A stretch of DNA of 64,000 bases. Source: Patescibacteria group bacterium. Lineage in GTDB: Bacteria; Patescibacteriota; UBA1384; 2-12-FULL-50-11. The position numbers and the translations under genes were made by a program. The notes under the pieces are model-generated. The model saw only the letters and a list, made by a program, of their open reading frames with translations. It was not told where the DNA came from and made no database searches. Positions 22,119-32,244 of the stretch are shown piece by piece (the stretch's first letter is position 1; each line of letters begins with the position of its first letter). Location of the stretch: positions 20,948-84,947 of the forward strand of contig JBBUAP010000002.1 in NCBI GenBank assembly GCA_038058635.1. Direction: 5' to 3'.

Positions 22119-23330
22119 ATGCAATTAAATTCGACTCAAAAACTGAAACCGTGGCAATCATTTAACAGTAACCACAAAGCCAAGTGGTGGAAATTTTTTG
22201 GTGGGGTACTGGTAGTAATTGCCATCGCTTTTGCCGGTTCGCTTTGGACTCTTTATATGCTTTCCGGCACGGCCGGAGGCGCGAAATTACGCGAACAGCT
22301 AGGTATTAACAGTGTCAATGGCATTAATGTTCAATCGACTCGAACCGACAAAATTATTATTGAAGAATCTTCGGCAATTATCGACGCTTCCAAAAAAGTC
22401 GGTCAAGCGGTTGTTAGTATCACTAGTACCAGTAACGCCACCCGGGATGTGTTTGGCTTCGGCCAGATTCGAGCCCCCCAGACTAGCGGTACTGGCTTCA
22501 TCGTTACAACCGATGGTCTGATCGCCACCAACAAGCATGTTATTTCCTCTGGCGATACCTTTACCGTTACCACCGCTGAAGGCAAAACATTTGACGGCAA
22601 GCTAGTCGCCAAAGACCCGACCAACGATTTGGCCCTGTTGAAAATTGAAGCTCGAGGATTGCCAGTTGTGGAGATCGGGGATTCGGATAAGGTTGAAGTT
22701 GGCCAGTGGGTGATTGCTATCGGCAACGCCTTAGGGGAGCTGCAAAACTCCGTCACCGTTGGCGTTATTTCGGCTAAAGAACGCGTTGCCACACCATCAG
22801 ATGGGGCTGGCAATGTCGAAAATTTGGCCGGACTATTCCAAACCGACACCGCTATCAACCCTGGTAACTCCGGCGGCCCGCTTCTGACTCTGGCCGGTCA
22901 AGTGATTGGCATCAATACGGCTGTGGCTGGCAACGCCCAGAATATCGGCTTTGCTATTCCGGTTATGGACTTGAAGAAAGATCTAGAGTCGTACAACAAA
23001 AACGGCAAAATTATCCAGCCGTATATTGGCGTAAATCACCAGCCAATTACCAAAGTCATTGCCAAGAACTACTCCTTACCAGTGGAGCAAGGGGCGTGGC
23101 TAGTGACTGGCGACGGGACAACGGCTATTGCCGTTAATTCTCCAGCTGCTGCGGCCGGATTGAAGGATAACGACATCATCACCAAGATTAACGACGACAA
23201 AGTGACCGAGACAACGCCGTTGGCGCGTCTGGTACGAAAATATAATCCGGGCGACACTGTCACCCTGACGGTCTTGCGAGATAAAGCGGAGATTTCTGTC
23301 AAACTGACGCTTGGTTCGCTGGGGCAGTAA
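22119..23330 (+). CDS. htrA: HtrA/DegP-family serine protease with PDZ domain
   Basis: N-terminal TM, His/Asp context, GNSGGPL catalytic Ser motif, and a C-terminal PDZ. Confidence 0.88.
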   Translation: MQLNSTQKLKPWQSFNSNHKAKWWKFFGGVLVVIAIAFAGSLWTLYMLSGTAGGAKLREQLGINSVNGINVQSTRTDKIIIEESSAIIDASKKVGQAVVSITSTSNATRDVFGFGQIRAPQTSGTGFIVTTDGLIATNKHVISSGDTFTVTTAEGKTFDGKLVAKDPTNDLALLKIEARGLPVVEIGDSDKVEVGQWVIAIGNALGELQNSVTVGVISAKERVATPSDGAGNVENLAGLFQTDTAINPGNSGGPLLTLAGQVIGINTAVAGNAQNIGFAIPVMDLKKDLESYNKNGKIIQPYIGVNHQPITKVIAKNYSLPVEQGAWLVTGDGTTAIAVNSPAAAAGLKDNDIITKINDDKVTETTPLARLVRKYNPGDTVTLTVLRDKAEISVKLTLGSLGQ

Positions 23331-23402
23331 CTTGAGTTTGTATTGGGGGAGAGTAAGCTTGGGGTAGTTTGTTGTGGTCAGAGGCCATAACGAGGAGGTT
23401 CG

Positions 23403-23628
23403 AGTGGATTGGTTCATTAATCATCAGTGGGAATGCTTCGGAGCACTAATACTCGTCGAGGCCCTTATTGCCCTTATAGCGTTCCGTTACGCGAACTCGG
23501 ATGAACATCGGCGTCGGGGGGAGCGTCAGGATCAAAAACCAGAGCTCCAGGGGACAATGTTTGGTTACATGGATCCAGTCACAGGCGTAGTGACCGAGCT
23601 GCCTCGTGAGCAGATACGGGATCTATAG
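23403..23628 (+). CDS. hypothetical small protein (GTG start after a GAGGAGG SD)
   Basis: The ORF track begins at 23374. A GAGGAGG SD sits 5 nt before the GTG at 23403. Confidence 0.3.
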
Positions 23629-23645
23629 GTTGACGGCATCATTCT

Positions 23646-23677
23646 GGCCGGCGCATGAGCGCCGGCCTTTACTTTGT
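23646..23677. terminator. bidirectional intrinsic terminator between convergent genes
   Basis: ggccggcgc-atga-gcgccggcc followed by tttactttgtt. It overlaps the prmC stop. Confidence 0.6.
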
Positions 23678-24331
23678 TGGGCAAGCAAAGCAAAAGCGGT
23701 CTCTGCGGGCTAAATCCTGTTCAACAGTGACCTTGTGGTTCGGTAGGGCGGATTGAAGGAGCTTCTGAACTCGCGGACCGTGGGTGTCGTCTATTTCTAA
23801 AGCAACTAAGCTTCGCTTATTGAGGTACGGGCCAACTTGCGCGCAAAACCGTCTGATCCACTTCAAGCCGTCTCTACCAGCAATAATGGCATCCTTTGGC
23901 TCGAAATCTCGAACCTGACTTTCGAGAAATCTCCAGCGAGCGGCCGGAACATAGGGCAGATTAGCGATTATTAAGTCAAATTTACCTTTGATCGGCTCAA
24001 ACAGATTACCGCTCTGAAAAGTTATCTCCACTTGATTCGTTTTGGCGTTTGCTCTTGCCGTTTCAAATACCGTTAATGATATATCCGTCGCCTGTACCAC
24101 GGAATTAGGCAATAGCTTTTTCAAGGTGATTGCTATCACGCCCGAACCTGTCCCAACATCGAGAATTCGTGGGTGGTCGGAAAGATATTTTTTTACCAAT
24201 ACAACCGTTTTCTCCACTAGTTGTTCCGTTTCTGGACGGGGGATGAGGGTATGCTTATTGACGACGAAATCGTAACCGTAGAAGTTAGCAGTTCCTTCAC
24301 GATAAGCCCGTGGAGTAGAATTAAGAATCAT
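23669..24331 (-). CDS. prmC: release-factor glutamine N5-methyltransferase PrmC/HemK (short form)
   Basis: SAM motif LDVGTGSGVIAI, NLPYV (NPPY-type), located immediately downstream of prfA. Confidence 0.8.
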   Translation of the reverse strand: MILNSTPRAYREGTANFYGYDFVVNKHTLIPRPETEQLVEKTVVLVKKYLSDHPRILDVGTGSGVIAITLKKLLPNSVVQATDISLTVFETARANAKTNQVEITFQSGNLFEPIKGKFDLIIANLPYVPAARWRFLESQVRDFEPKDAIIAGRDGLKWIRRFCAQVGPYLNKRSLVALEIDDTHGPRVQKLLQSALPNHKVTVEQDLARRDRFCFACPTK

Positions 24332-24400
24332 GAATTTAGAATTAAGAATAATTGGATCATCTTCTCCCTAATCTTAATTCCCGATTCTAGATTCTTAATT
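24330..24400. repeat. inverted repeat tagaattaagaat ... attcttaattcta between prfA and prmC
   Basis: 13-bp perfect arms separated by about 45 nt. The AATTAAGAAT word is reused. Confidence 0.55.
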
Positions 24401-25282
24401 CTTCTCGGCTTCGGCGAAGCCGAGATTTGCTTCTTGGAGAGATTCAACTATTTGCTCAATAGCACCATCCATTATTCTTTCAATATTGTGCCAGGATTTA
24501 TTGATGCGATGGTCAGTCACCCGGCTTTGGGGAAAATTGTAAGTTCGAATTTTGTCACTTCGGTCGCCGGATTTGATCATGGCGCGGCGAGTATCGCCGA
24601 TATCTTGGTTTTGTTCGGCCCGAGCCGCCTCCCAAAGTTTACTGCGTAAGACGGCCATCGCTTTGGTTTTATTTTTCAGTTGTGATCGTTCATCTTGGCA
24701 GGCGATGACGATGCCAGTTGGAATATGGGTGATTCGAACGGCCGAGTCGGTAGTGTTGACGGACTGGCCACCAGCGCCGCTGGAGTGGTAAACATCAATC
24801 CGTAAATCGCCCGGGTTAATATGGACATCAACATCTTCGGCTTCAGGCATTACAACGACTGAAGCGGCCGAAGTGTGAATGCGACCAGACTTCTCGGTTT
24901 TTGGGACGCGCTGGACTCGATGTACGCCACCCTCGAACCGCAAAGCGGCGTAAGCCCGAGGTGATTTAACTAGCATTGTGGCCGATTTTACCCCGCCAAT
25001 CGAATTATTACTTTCGTCAACTAATTCAATTTTCCAACCCTGTTGCTCGCTGTAGCGCTGGTACATTCGGAGCAATTCAGCGGCAAAAAGCTCGGCTTCA
25101 TCGCCACCCGAACCAGAACGAACCTCAATAATAGCGTTGCGCTGGTTTTCCGGCTGGCTCAAATCAACCTGCCGGCGCAATCTTAAAATCTCTTCGCGAG
25201 CCAATTCCTTAATGTCTTTGTCTTCCGTCTGCTCAAAAAGTGTTTCGGCTTCTTTGAGTTGACGCAACATTTCTTTGTCCAT
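24395..25282 (-). CDS. prfA: peptide chain release factor 1 (short N-terminus)
   Basis: GGQ motif (SGAGGQSVNTTDSAVRITHIPTGI) and an RF1-type tripeptide region RVQRVPKTEKSGRIHTSAASV (PxT). Confidence 0.8.
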   Translation of the reverse strand: MDKEMLRQLKEAETLFEQTEDKDIKELAREEILRLRRQVDLSQPENQRNAIIEVRSGSGGDEAELFAAELLRMYQRYSEQQGWKIELVDESNNSIGGVKSATMLVKSPRAYAALRFEGGVHRVQRVPKTEKSGRIHTSAASVVVMPEAEDVDVHINPGDLRIDVYHSSGAGGQSVNTTDSAVRITHIPTGIVIACQDERSQLKNKTKAMAVLRSKLWEAARAEQNQDIGDTRRAMIKSGDRSDKIRTYNFPQSRVTDHRINKSWHNIERIMDGAIEQIVESLQEANLGFAEAEKN

Positions 25283-25497
25283 CCCTGTTATTTTACCAGA
25301 AACACACCTGGAAGTCAGTAATATTTAATGGGCCGGGCGCGAACGCCCGACCCACGACCCATTCGGGCGTCTATCAACCGATAAGTTGGATACACGCCCC
25401 GAATAACCCGATACTATCCATCGACCCAAAGATTGTCAAACAAGCATCCGGGTGTTGAAGGTACGCATCTGGTTTGATACAATTGCTAAAGCAAATC

Positions 25498-25707
25498 ATG
25501 AAGAAAGAGATTCATCCCGAATATTTTCCAGAGGCCAAAGTCACATGCTCATGTGGCAACACTTTCACGCTTGGCGCCACTGTTTCAGAAATGCGGGTGG
25601 AAATTTGCTCTAACTGCCACCCACTCTACACCGGTAAAATGAAACTTGTTGATACTGCCGGCCGAGTTGATCGATTCAAAATGCGACAAGAAAAAGCCAA
25701 AAAGTAA
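25498..25707 (+). CDS. rpmE: 50S ribosomal protein L31
   Basis: [23 protein letters not shown]...[10 protein letters not shown] zinc ribbon. Confidence 0.88.
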   Translation: MKKEIHPEYFPEAKVTCSCGNTFTLGATVSEMRVEICSNCHPLYTGKMKLVDTAGRVDRFKMRQEKAKK

Positions 25708-25710
25708 TGC

Positions 25711-25800
25711 AAAACTCAAAGCTCAAAGCTCAAAACTACAACTCAAAACCAACTAGTTTTAAGTTAGTAGCTAAAATTTTGACTTTTGACTTTTGCGTTT
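25711..25800. repeat. imperfect palindromic word repeat (CTCAAAG / TTGACTTTT words)
   Basis: gcaaaactcaaagctcaaagctcaaaac...ctagttttaag...aaattttgacttttgacttttgcg. The arms are approximately reverse-complementary. Lies between rpmE and rpsB. Confidence 0.5.
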
Positions 25801-25831
25801 TAACTTATCTTCAAACCGGAGGTTTTTACTA

Positions 25832-26683
25832 ATGTTGCCAACCTTAATTGAACTAGCAAAATCTGGAGCCCATTACGGTCATCACCGCTCTTTTGTTTAT
25901 CCCAAAGCCCAGCGCTTTGTTTTTGGGGTTCGTAAGAATATCGCTTTAATTGACCTCGAGAAAACCCTCGAACAACTGACCGAAGCCCAAAAAGTGATCG
26001 GGGCGAATCGCGCCGAGGGCAAGACTGTCCTATTTGTTGGCACTCGCCGTGGCGTCAAGGAAATCGTCAAGAGAGTCGCTGAAGAGTTCGGGGAGCCGTA
26101 TGTCACCGAACGCTGGCTCGGCGGATTCTTAACCAACTTTGAAGGCATCCACGAGAATATCAAGAAAATGAACGAGTTGGACGAATACTTGGCCAGCGAG
26201 CATTCCAAGGGCTTGACCAAAATCGAGCGATTGCGACAAACCAACAAACTGGCTCGCTACCACCGCTTCTTGGCTGGTGTTACTAAACTTAATGCCGTAC
26301 CTGGTTTAATGGTGATGGCCAGTGCCAGCGAAGACAAAATTGCCCTCAAAGAAGCCAATTTACTCGGTATCCCAGTCATTGCCATCTGCGACACCGATAC
26401 CAATCCCGACAAAATCACCTATCCGATTCCGGCCAACGACGACGCCGCAACAGCCGTCGAGCTGATTCTACGAGCGCTAGTCGCGGCTCCCATTAAAACA
26501 GTTAAAGCGACGAAAGTTGAAGGCGAAGTATCACCAGCTGAAGAACCGGTCGTGGAGACTGCCACTAAAAAGATTCTAAAGCCAAAAGCAGTCAAGAAAA
26601 TTACAGCCAAAAAAGTTACCTCGGAGAAAAAATCGACTGCCAGAACCAAGCCCGTAGCCAGAAAAACCAAATCTTCAATCTAA
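25832..26683 (+). CDS. rpsB: 30S ribosomal protein S2 with a Lys-rich C-terminal extension
   Basis: MLPTLIELAKSGAHYGHHRSFVYPKAQRFVFGVRKNIALIDLEKT. GGAGG SD before the internal Met chosen as start. Confidence 0.9.
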   Translation: MLPTLIELAKSGAHYGHHRSFVYPKAQRFVFGVRKNIALIDLEKTLEQLTEAQKVIGANRAEGKTVLFVGTRRGVKEIVKRVAEEFGEPYVTERWLGGFLTNFEGIHENIKKMNELDEYLASEHSKGLTKIERLRQTNKLARYHRFLAGVTKLNAVPGLMVMASASEDKIALKEANLLGIPVIAICDTDTNPDKITYPIPANDDAATAVELILRALVAAPIKTVKATKVEGEVSPAEEPVVETATKKILKPKAVKKITAKKVTSEKKSTARTKPVARKTKSSI

Positions 26684-27138
26684 TGACAGTCACTGTCGAA
26701 CAGATCAAAAATCTTCGAGCCAAAACCGGCCTGGGTATTCATGATGTTAAGAATGCCCTCGAGGAATCCGGCGGCGACGAAACCAAAGCCTTGGCCTGGC
26801 TCAAAGAAAAAGGTCTATCAACTGTGGCTAAAAAATCCGATCGAGCGACTTCCCAGGGCCTGGTCGAATCGTATGTTCATGGCGGCCGTCTCGGCGCAAT
26901 GGTTGAAGTCAACTGCGAGACCGATTTTGTGGCTCGTAATGAGGAGTTCAAACAATTCGTTAAAGATATTGCTATGCAAGTGGCCTCGATGAATCCGGAG
27001 AATATTGACGAACTCTTGAAGCAAGATTATTTCCGCGACCCCTCGATGACCATCCAGGATTTACTTAACGATACCATCACCAAAATCGGGGAGAATATCA
27101 AAATCTCCAAAATCTCCCGTTTCGAATTGGGAGTGTAG
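26683..27138 (+). CDS. tsf: elongation factor Ts (short, 151 aa)
   Basis: UBA-like N-terminus VEQIKNLRAKTGLGIHDVKNALEE, TDFVARNEEF, and GENIKISKISRFELG. Confidence 0.8.
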   Translation: MTVTVEQIKNLRAKTGLGIHDVKNALEESGGDETKALAWLKEKGLSTVAKKSDRATSQGLVESYVHGGRLGAMVEVNCETDFVARNEEFKQFVKDIAMQVASMNPENIDELLKQDYFRDPSMTIQDLLNDTITKIGENIKISKISRFELGV

Positions 27139-27173
27139 TTGCTTGTTGGCTAAATTTAAGAAAAGATATATTT

Positions 27174-27914
27174 ATGGCTAAATTATCAATCGGACAAGCT
27201 CTTAGAATCAGCTGGCAGAGTAGCAAGCGTGATTGGCGCATCTGGCTATTAGTCTCACTGATATTTATGTTGGCGAACCTACCCGGAGCGATATTCGACC
27301 TCAATAAAGTTGATGTATTTTCGTTTCAAAGCCTGCTTTGGCTAGCCGTTGGGCTGGTGATAATGGCATTGTTCTCGCCCGGTATCCAACAGAATGGCCT
27401 ACTGGTCGCCCGTGGTAGCGTCCCAACCATTCAGACTCTGACCGGACAGTTTAAATTAGCTGGCAAGTTTGTATTATTCTACTTGCTTTATGCTTTGATC
27501 ACGACACTTGGTTTTATTGCATTGATCATTCCTGGCCTGTACTTGATGGCTCGTTACTCAATGACACCATTTATTATGCTTGATAACCCGACCTTAGGAG
27601 TTGCTGAAGCGATGAGCCAGAGCTCGAAACTGACGAAGGATAAAATTTGGCAATTGTTTGTGGCCTATTTTGTGATTGGAATCACCTATATGGTATTAGC
27701 CACAGCCAGCGGACTGATTTTAGGCATATTCCTGGCATTCTTTATTGATGGAAACACCGTCACTAACTTAATTATTTCCAATATCCTCTTTTTGATCCCG
27801 TCGGCGCTGATTATGCCTTTCAGTACCGTCGGTCCGGCCTCAATCTACGAGCAGGTAAAATCCCAGCCGACAACCGTCGCAACAGCCGACCCCGTTACAG
27901 CTGCCGCTGTCTGA
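27174..27914 (+). CDS. hypothetical polytopic membrane protein
   Basis: 246 aa, 5-6 TM. Sits between tsf and frr where pyrH is usually found. Confidence 0.4.
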   Translation: MAKLSIGQALRISWQSSKRDWRIWLLVSLIFMLANLPGAIFDLNKVDVFSFQSLLWLAVGLVIMALFSPGIQQNGLLVARGSVPTIQTLTGQFKLAGKFVLFYLLYALITTLGFIALIIPGLYLMARYSMTPFIMLDNPTLGVAEAMSQSSKLTKDKIWQLFVAYFVIGITYMVLATASGLILGIFLAFFIDGNTVTNLIISNILFLIPSALIMPFSTVGPASIYEQVKSQPTTVATADPVTAAAV

Positions 27915-27956
27915 ATCTTGGCATTATCCTCAATTCTCGGTTAAGATAAGGCGGTA

Positions 27957-28505
27957 ATGACAATATCTACTATTAAACAAGAAATGGAGAAAGTTTTGCA
28001 GTTGCTCGAGGGCGACCTACGGACTTTGCGCCCTGGGCGAGCCAGCGGCGAGCTAGTTGGGACGCTGCCAGTGGAATGTTACGGCAGTTCGATGCCGCTC
28101 AATCAAGTCGCGTCGATATCGGCCAACGAGCAGGGCCAGATTATCATTGCTCCGTTTGACAAAGCCGTCATTGCCGCCATTGATACCGCTATTCGTCAGA
28201 GCCAACTCGGCTTTTCTGTCGTTAACGAAGGAGCCCAACTTCGCTTGAGCGTCCCGCCATTAAGCCAAGAACGCCGAACCGAAATGGTTAAGTTAGTCGG
28301 TCAAAAAGGCGAAGCGGCCCGAATTCAATTACGCCAATTACGGGGTGATGCCCACCAAAAAGCGACAAAAGAGAAAACGGCTGGCACCATGCGCGAAGAC
28401 GAACTCAATCGCTTCACTAAAGATATAGACGAAGCAATTGCGGGGTTCAATACCAAAGTCAAAGAGTTAGTTGAGCGCAAAGAAAGAGAACTGATGACCG
28501 TTTAA
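27957..28505 (+). CDS. frr: ribosome recycling factor
   Basis: Full-length RRF pattern (LRTLRPGRASGELVGTLPVECYGSSMPLNQVA...VPPLSQERR). Confidence 0.9.
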   Translation: MTISTIKQEMEKVLQLLEGDLRTLRPGRASGELVGTLPVECYGSSMPLNQVASISANEQGQIIIAPFDKAVIAAIDTAIRQSQLGFSVVNEGAQLRLSVPPLSQERRTEMVKLVGQKGEAARIQLRQLRGDAHQKATKEKTAGTMREDELNRFTKDIDEAIAGFNTKVKELVERKERELMTV

Positions 28506-29596
28506 TGATCATTACCCTCCTCGTTTTTCTCGCCGTACTTGGCTTTATGGTATTTGTTCACGAGTTAGGGCATTTTCTAGTCGCCAAAAAGAGCGGGGTT
28601 ATGGTCGAAGAATTCGCCTTCGGCTTTCGACCAAAACTTTGGAGTAAAAAGATTGGCGAGACAACTTACGCCATCAATCTAATTCCGTTAGGTGGCTATG
28701 TAAAGATGTTTGGGGAAGCTGACGGTAAAACCGGTCCCAGGTCGTTTAAGTCTCAAAAACCGTTTTCGCGCTTAGCAATTCTTGTGGCTGGAGCAACAAT
28801 GAATCTGCTGATGGCCTGGATTATTTTTACAATTTTGTTTATCACGGGCTTTCAGCCTTTTGCCCCTAACGCGGCAAGAAACCCGTTCATTTCCGAGCGA
28901 CCGACTCCCACTATTGCCAAAATTGTCGAGGATAGCCCAGCCGAAATTAGCGGATTCCAACTCAATGATCAAATATTAGCCGTCAACGGCCAACAACTAG
29001 ATGGCGGAGCAGGTTTCGTTGAGGAAATACGCGCTCTGAATGGCCAAAGCGCCACCGTCACAATCAGACGCGGCGAGGATACGTTAGATTTAACGGTCAC
29101 GCCGAGGGTAAATCCACCAACCGGCCAAGGAGCGATTGGAGTGGCTATCGGCCAAACCGGAGAGGTCAGATCTCTTTGGTACAAGGCGCCGGTTGCCGCC
29201 CTTTACGAAACAGGAAGGATAATTGGAATCTCGGCAGTTGGATTTGTGGATTTTATAAAGAATTTTGTGATTAAGCAGGAAGTGTCCGAAGATGTCACAG
29301 GAATCGTCGGCGTCGGAGCGCTGACCGGTGTGGCTAGACGAATGGGTTTTGAATACCTGGCTCAATTAGTCGCGTTAATATCAATCGGCTTGGGCGTAGT
29401 TAACTTGATGCCAATTCTGCCGCTTGATGGTGGCCACATAGCGGTCTTGGCCTACGAGAGAGTCACTCGACGACCACTCACCGAGCGACAGTTCTCCATT
29501 TTTGCAACGGCTGGATTAGCTTTCATCTTGCTAATGTTCGTTGTCGTCACCCTTAAGGACTTTATACGCTTCGATGTCTTCGGGAGGTTGTTCTGA
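28505..29596 (+). CDS. rseP: RseP/Eep-like site-2 protease (M50) with PDZ domain
   Basis: HELGHFLVAKK (HExxH) in TM1, a PDZ region, and C-terminal TMs with an LDGGH motif. Confidence 0.85.
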   Translation: MIITLLVFLAVLGFMVFVHELGHFLVAKKSGVMVEEFAFGFRPKLWSKKIGETTYAINLIPLGGYVKMFGEADGKTGPRSFKSQKPFSRLAILVAGATMNLLMAWIIFTILFITGFQPFAPNAARNPFISERPTPTIAKIVEDSPAEISGFQLNDQILAVNGQQLDGGAGFVEEIRALNGQSATVTIRRGEDTLDLTVTPRVNPPTGQGAIGVAIGQTGEVRSLWYKAPVAALYETGRIIGISAVGFVDFIKNFVIKQEVSEDVTGIVGVGALTGVARRMGFEYLAQLVALISIGLGVVNLMPILPLDGGHIAVLAYERVTRRPLTERQFSIFATAGLAFILLMFVVVTLKDFIRFDVFGRLF

Positions 29597-30819
29597 TGAG
29601 GTTGAGCAATTTCTACACCAAAACCCGTCGCTCGATGGCGGCGCAAGATTCAAAAAACGCCTACTTGCTCGAGAAAGCCGGCTATATTAGCCAGGTCGCG
29701 GCTGGGGTCTACGCTTTCTTACCGCTTGCGGTGCGCTCACTCCAAAAGATCGAAACTATCGTTCGAGAAGAAATGAACGCTCTTGGTGGCTCGGAAGTTA
29801 TATTTTCCGCTCTCCAACCGAAATCCACCTGGGAAAAATCCGGGCGCTGGGAAGATAAAAACTTCCGCCAGATTGTTTATCTAGACCCAGAAGCCGATAT
29901 GACTTTTGGGGCGACGCACGAGGAGCCGATGACCATTGCCCTTAAACAAAGCGTCCAGTCGTACCGCGATCTGCCAGTTATTCTTTTTCAGTTTCAAACT
30001 AAGTTTCGCAAGGAATTGCGGGCCAAATCCGGCCTGCTACGAGGGAGAGAGTTTCGAATGAAAGACCTATATAGCTTTCACCCAGACGAAGAATCTCATC
30101 ACAAATTTTATGAAGACGCCGCCAAGACCTACTTAAAAGTATTCGAGCGACTAGGACTCGATGCTTATCGGGTCAAAGCCAGTGGCGGTGTATTTACCGA
30201 TGAATTTTCTGACGAGTTCCAGGTAATCTGTGAAACTGGCGAGGACGAGATACTGGTTAACCACAAAACAAAGACTGGTTTCAACAAAGAAGTTGAGGAT
30301 AAGTTGAAAGAAACGGACAAGAAGAAACTGGAGCGAGTGAAGGCCATCGAAGTAGGGAATATTTTTCCTCTTGGAACCAAGTATTCTGACGCTTTTGACC
30401 TAAAATACCTCGATGCCTCCGGCGATCGACAATCGGTTTGGATGGGTTCGTACGGCATCGGCATTAGCCGGTTACTTGGGACGCTGGCGGAACTTTTCAA
30501 CGACGAGCACGGCCTAAAACTACCGAGTCAAGTCGCGCCGTTTGAAGCAGTTGTTATCAATCTTACCAGCTCTAAAACAGGCGAGAAGATTTACAGCGAT
30601 CTTACGGAGCAGGGTGTGGAAGTGTTACTCGATGACCGAGACGAGATGGCCGGAACAAAATTGGTTGATGCCGACTTAATCGGCTACCCAATCAGGTTGG
30701 TTTACAGCGCCAAAACGGCGCAGGATGGCAAAATCGAGATTAAAGAGCGCGGCTCTGGCAAAGTGACGCTGGTTAATTTGGAAGATGTTGTCGGGCGGGT
30801 GCAGAAACTACTGTCGTAG
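29596..30819 (+). CDS. proS: prolyl-tRNA synthetase (class II, short form)
   Basis: Class II motifs. N-terminus MRLSNFYTKTRRS...YLLEKAGYISQVAAGVYAFLPLAVRSL is typical of ProRS. C-terminal anticodon-binding domain. Confidence 0.85.
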   Translation: MRLSNFYTKTRRSMAAQDSKNAYLLEKAGYISQVAAGVYAFLPLAVRSLQKIETIVREEMNALGGSEVIFSALQPKSTWEKSGRWEDKNFRQIVYLDPEADMTFGATHEEPMTIALKQSVQSYRDLPVILFQFQTKFRKELRAKSGLLRGREFRMKDLYSFHPDEESHHKFYEDAAKTYLKVFERLGLDAYRVKASGGVFTDEFSDEFQVICETGEDEILVNHKTKTGFNKEVEDKLKETDKKKLERVKAIEVGNIFPLGTKYSDAFDLKYLDASGDRQSVWMGSYGIGISRLLGTLAELFNDEHGLKLPSQVAPFEAVVINLTSSKTGEKIYSDLTEQGVEVLLDDRDEMAGTKLVDADLIGYPIRLVYSAKTAQDGKIEIKERGSGKVTLVNLEDVVGRVQKLLS

Positions 30820-30832
30820 GCTAAAAAATCTT

Positions 30833-30990
30833 AAGTCTAAAGGCTCAAGTCTAACTTAAGTTCCAAGTAATAATTTCCAAGTAATGAGCCCCAAATACTT
30901 AATACTTAAAACTTGTTACTTACTTTGAACGGAGTGATAAGCGAGCACTAGCGACAAATTAGACCTTAGACTTGCCACTTTAGACTTGAC
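30833..30990. repeat. AGACTT-word palindromic element, intergenic copy 2 (about 12 nt after the proS stop)
   Basis: Arms taagtctaaaggctcaagtctaac / agaccttagacttgccactttagacttgac. Core ttacttactttgaacggagtgataagcgagcactagcgac is about 90% identical to the copy-1 core. Confidence 0.7.
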
Positions 30991-31084
30991 AGTACCCCCA
31001 ACCTGTTGTTACTCTGTAAAAAGGTAAGCGCCCGATCAGGGCATCCCCGCAAATTCGCGGGGGTTAAATGTTAAGGAGGTTCAT

Positions 31085-31243
31085 ATGAATCCAGACGAGA
31101 CACCAGCAGTAGATACGGAAGAAACCCCAGTTGACGGTGTTGAAACACCAGAAGTCAAAGAAGACGGTGACGAAGAAGAAACAGCTCCAGAAGCCGGCGC
31201 AATGCCAGCTGAAGACGGCGACAAGTCAGACGCCGCCATCTAA
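31085..31243 (+). CDS. small highly acidic protein (52 aa)
   Basis: Perfect SD (taaggaggttcatATG). MNPDETPAVDTEETPVDGVETPEVKEDGDEEETAPEAGAMPAEDGDKSDAAI. Followed by an intrinsic terminator. Below the ORF-track length cut-off. Confidence 0.45.
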   Translation: MNPDETPAVDTEETPVDGVETPEVKEDGDEEETAPEAGAMPAEDGDKSDAAI

Positions 31244-31263
31244 GTAAAGCTTTTTAGAAAAAG

Positions 31264-31290
31264 GCCTCCTAACACGCGGAGGCTTTTTCG
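31264..31290 (+). terminator. rho-independent terminator
   Basis: gcctcc-taacacgc-ggaggc followed by ttttt. Confidence 0.7.
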
Positions 31291-31407
31291 TTTGGGCTCG
31301 TCCCGCACCTCGAAACCTGATTGCAAATTTCTGACATCAGAATATTGCCAGAGGTTGAGCTGGTGTAGGGGCTTTTTTGTTTCCTCAAAACCATCTAATC
31401 TGAAGAT

Positions 31408-32187
31408 ATGAACAAGCTAATTGTTGGCAACTGGAAAATGTATCCAACCCTGTCGGATTCGCTAGTTCTGGCCGCGTCTCTCAAGAGATCTCTCGAAGAC
31501 ATTAACGGTGTTGAGGTTGTGCTAGCGCCACCGACGGCTTGGTTAGTGCCGATTGCCGAATCTTGGCGCCATAAACCCCAACATATATCTCTGGCCGCCC
31601 AAAATGTCTGGCCAAACGATCAAGGAGCTTACACCGGAGAAGTTTCGGCCTATATGCTTCGCAACATCGTCCAATACGCTATTGTTGGCCATTCCGAGCG
31701 TCGAGAGTACGCTGGTGAGGACAACGACCTGATCCATCAAAAAATGCAGGCCTGCCTGCAGTGGGGGATTAAACCAATTCTTTGTGTTGGCGAAAACAAG
31801 CGGATGATCGACTCTGAAGGTGTTTTTGACGCTTACCAGCTGGGTAAGGTAGTCGAGCAGTTGCTTGAGGGTATGAACGCGGTCAAGAAGGACAATTTTG
31901 ACAAAGTAACGGTCGCTTACGAGCCGATCTTCGCGATCGGGACCGGTGAGGCGGCGACGCCCGAGTACACCTTAAGGGTTATAACTAAGCTGAAAGAAAA
32001 ATTAACCGACAAATTTGGCGAGGGTCCGGCCGGAATGGTTCGCTTTATCTACGGCGGTTCGGTCACCACCACCAATGCCGCCGAGTACTTACGTTACCCG
32101 GACATTGCTGGTCTGCTCGCCGGCGGCATCTCTGTCAAAGCCCAAGATTTTATTAAGGTGTGCCAAATTGCTTCTAAGATTTCCTAA
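31408..32187 (+). CDS. tpiA: triosephosphate isomerase
   Basis: LIVGNWKMY, HSERR, AYEPIFAIGTG and IYGGSV motifs. Confidence 0.9.
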   Translation: MNKLIVGNWKMYPTLSDSLVLAASLKRSLEDINGVEVVLAPPTAWLVPIAESWRHKPQHISLAAQNVWPNDQGAYTGEVSAYMLRNIVQYAIVGHSERREYAGEDNDLIHQKMQACLQWGIKPILCVGENKRMIDSEGVFDAYQLGKVVEQLLEGMNAVKKDNFDKVTVAYEPIFAIGTGEAATPEYTLRVITKLKEKLTDKFGEGPAGMVRFIYGGSVTTTNAAEYLRYPDIAGLLAGGISVKAQDFIKVCQIASKIS

Positions 32188-32244
32188 ATTAATCGCTGAC
32201 GCTCATGATTTACTCACTTAGCGTTCGCCAAATGGAGTCGAGCA

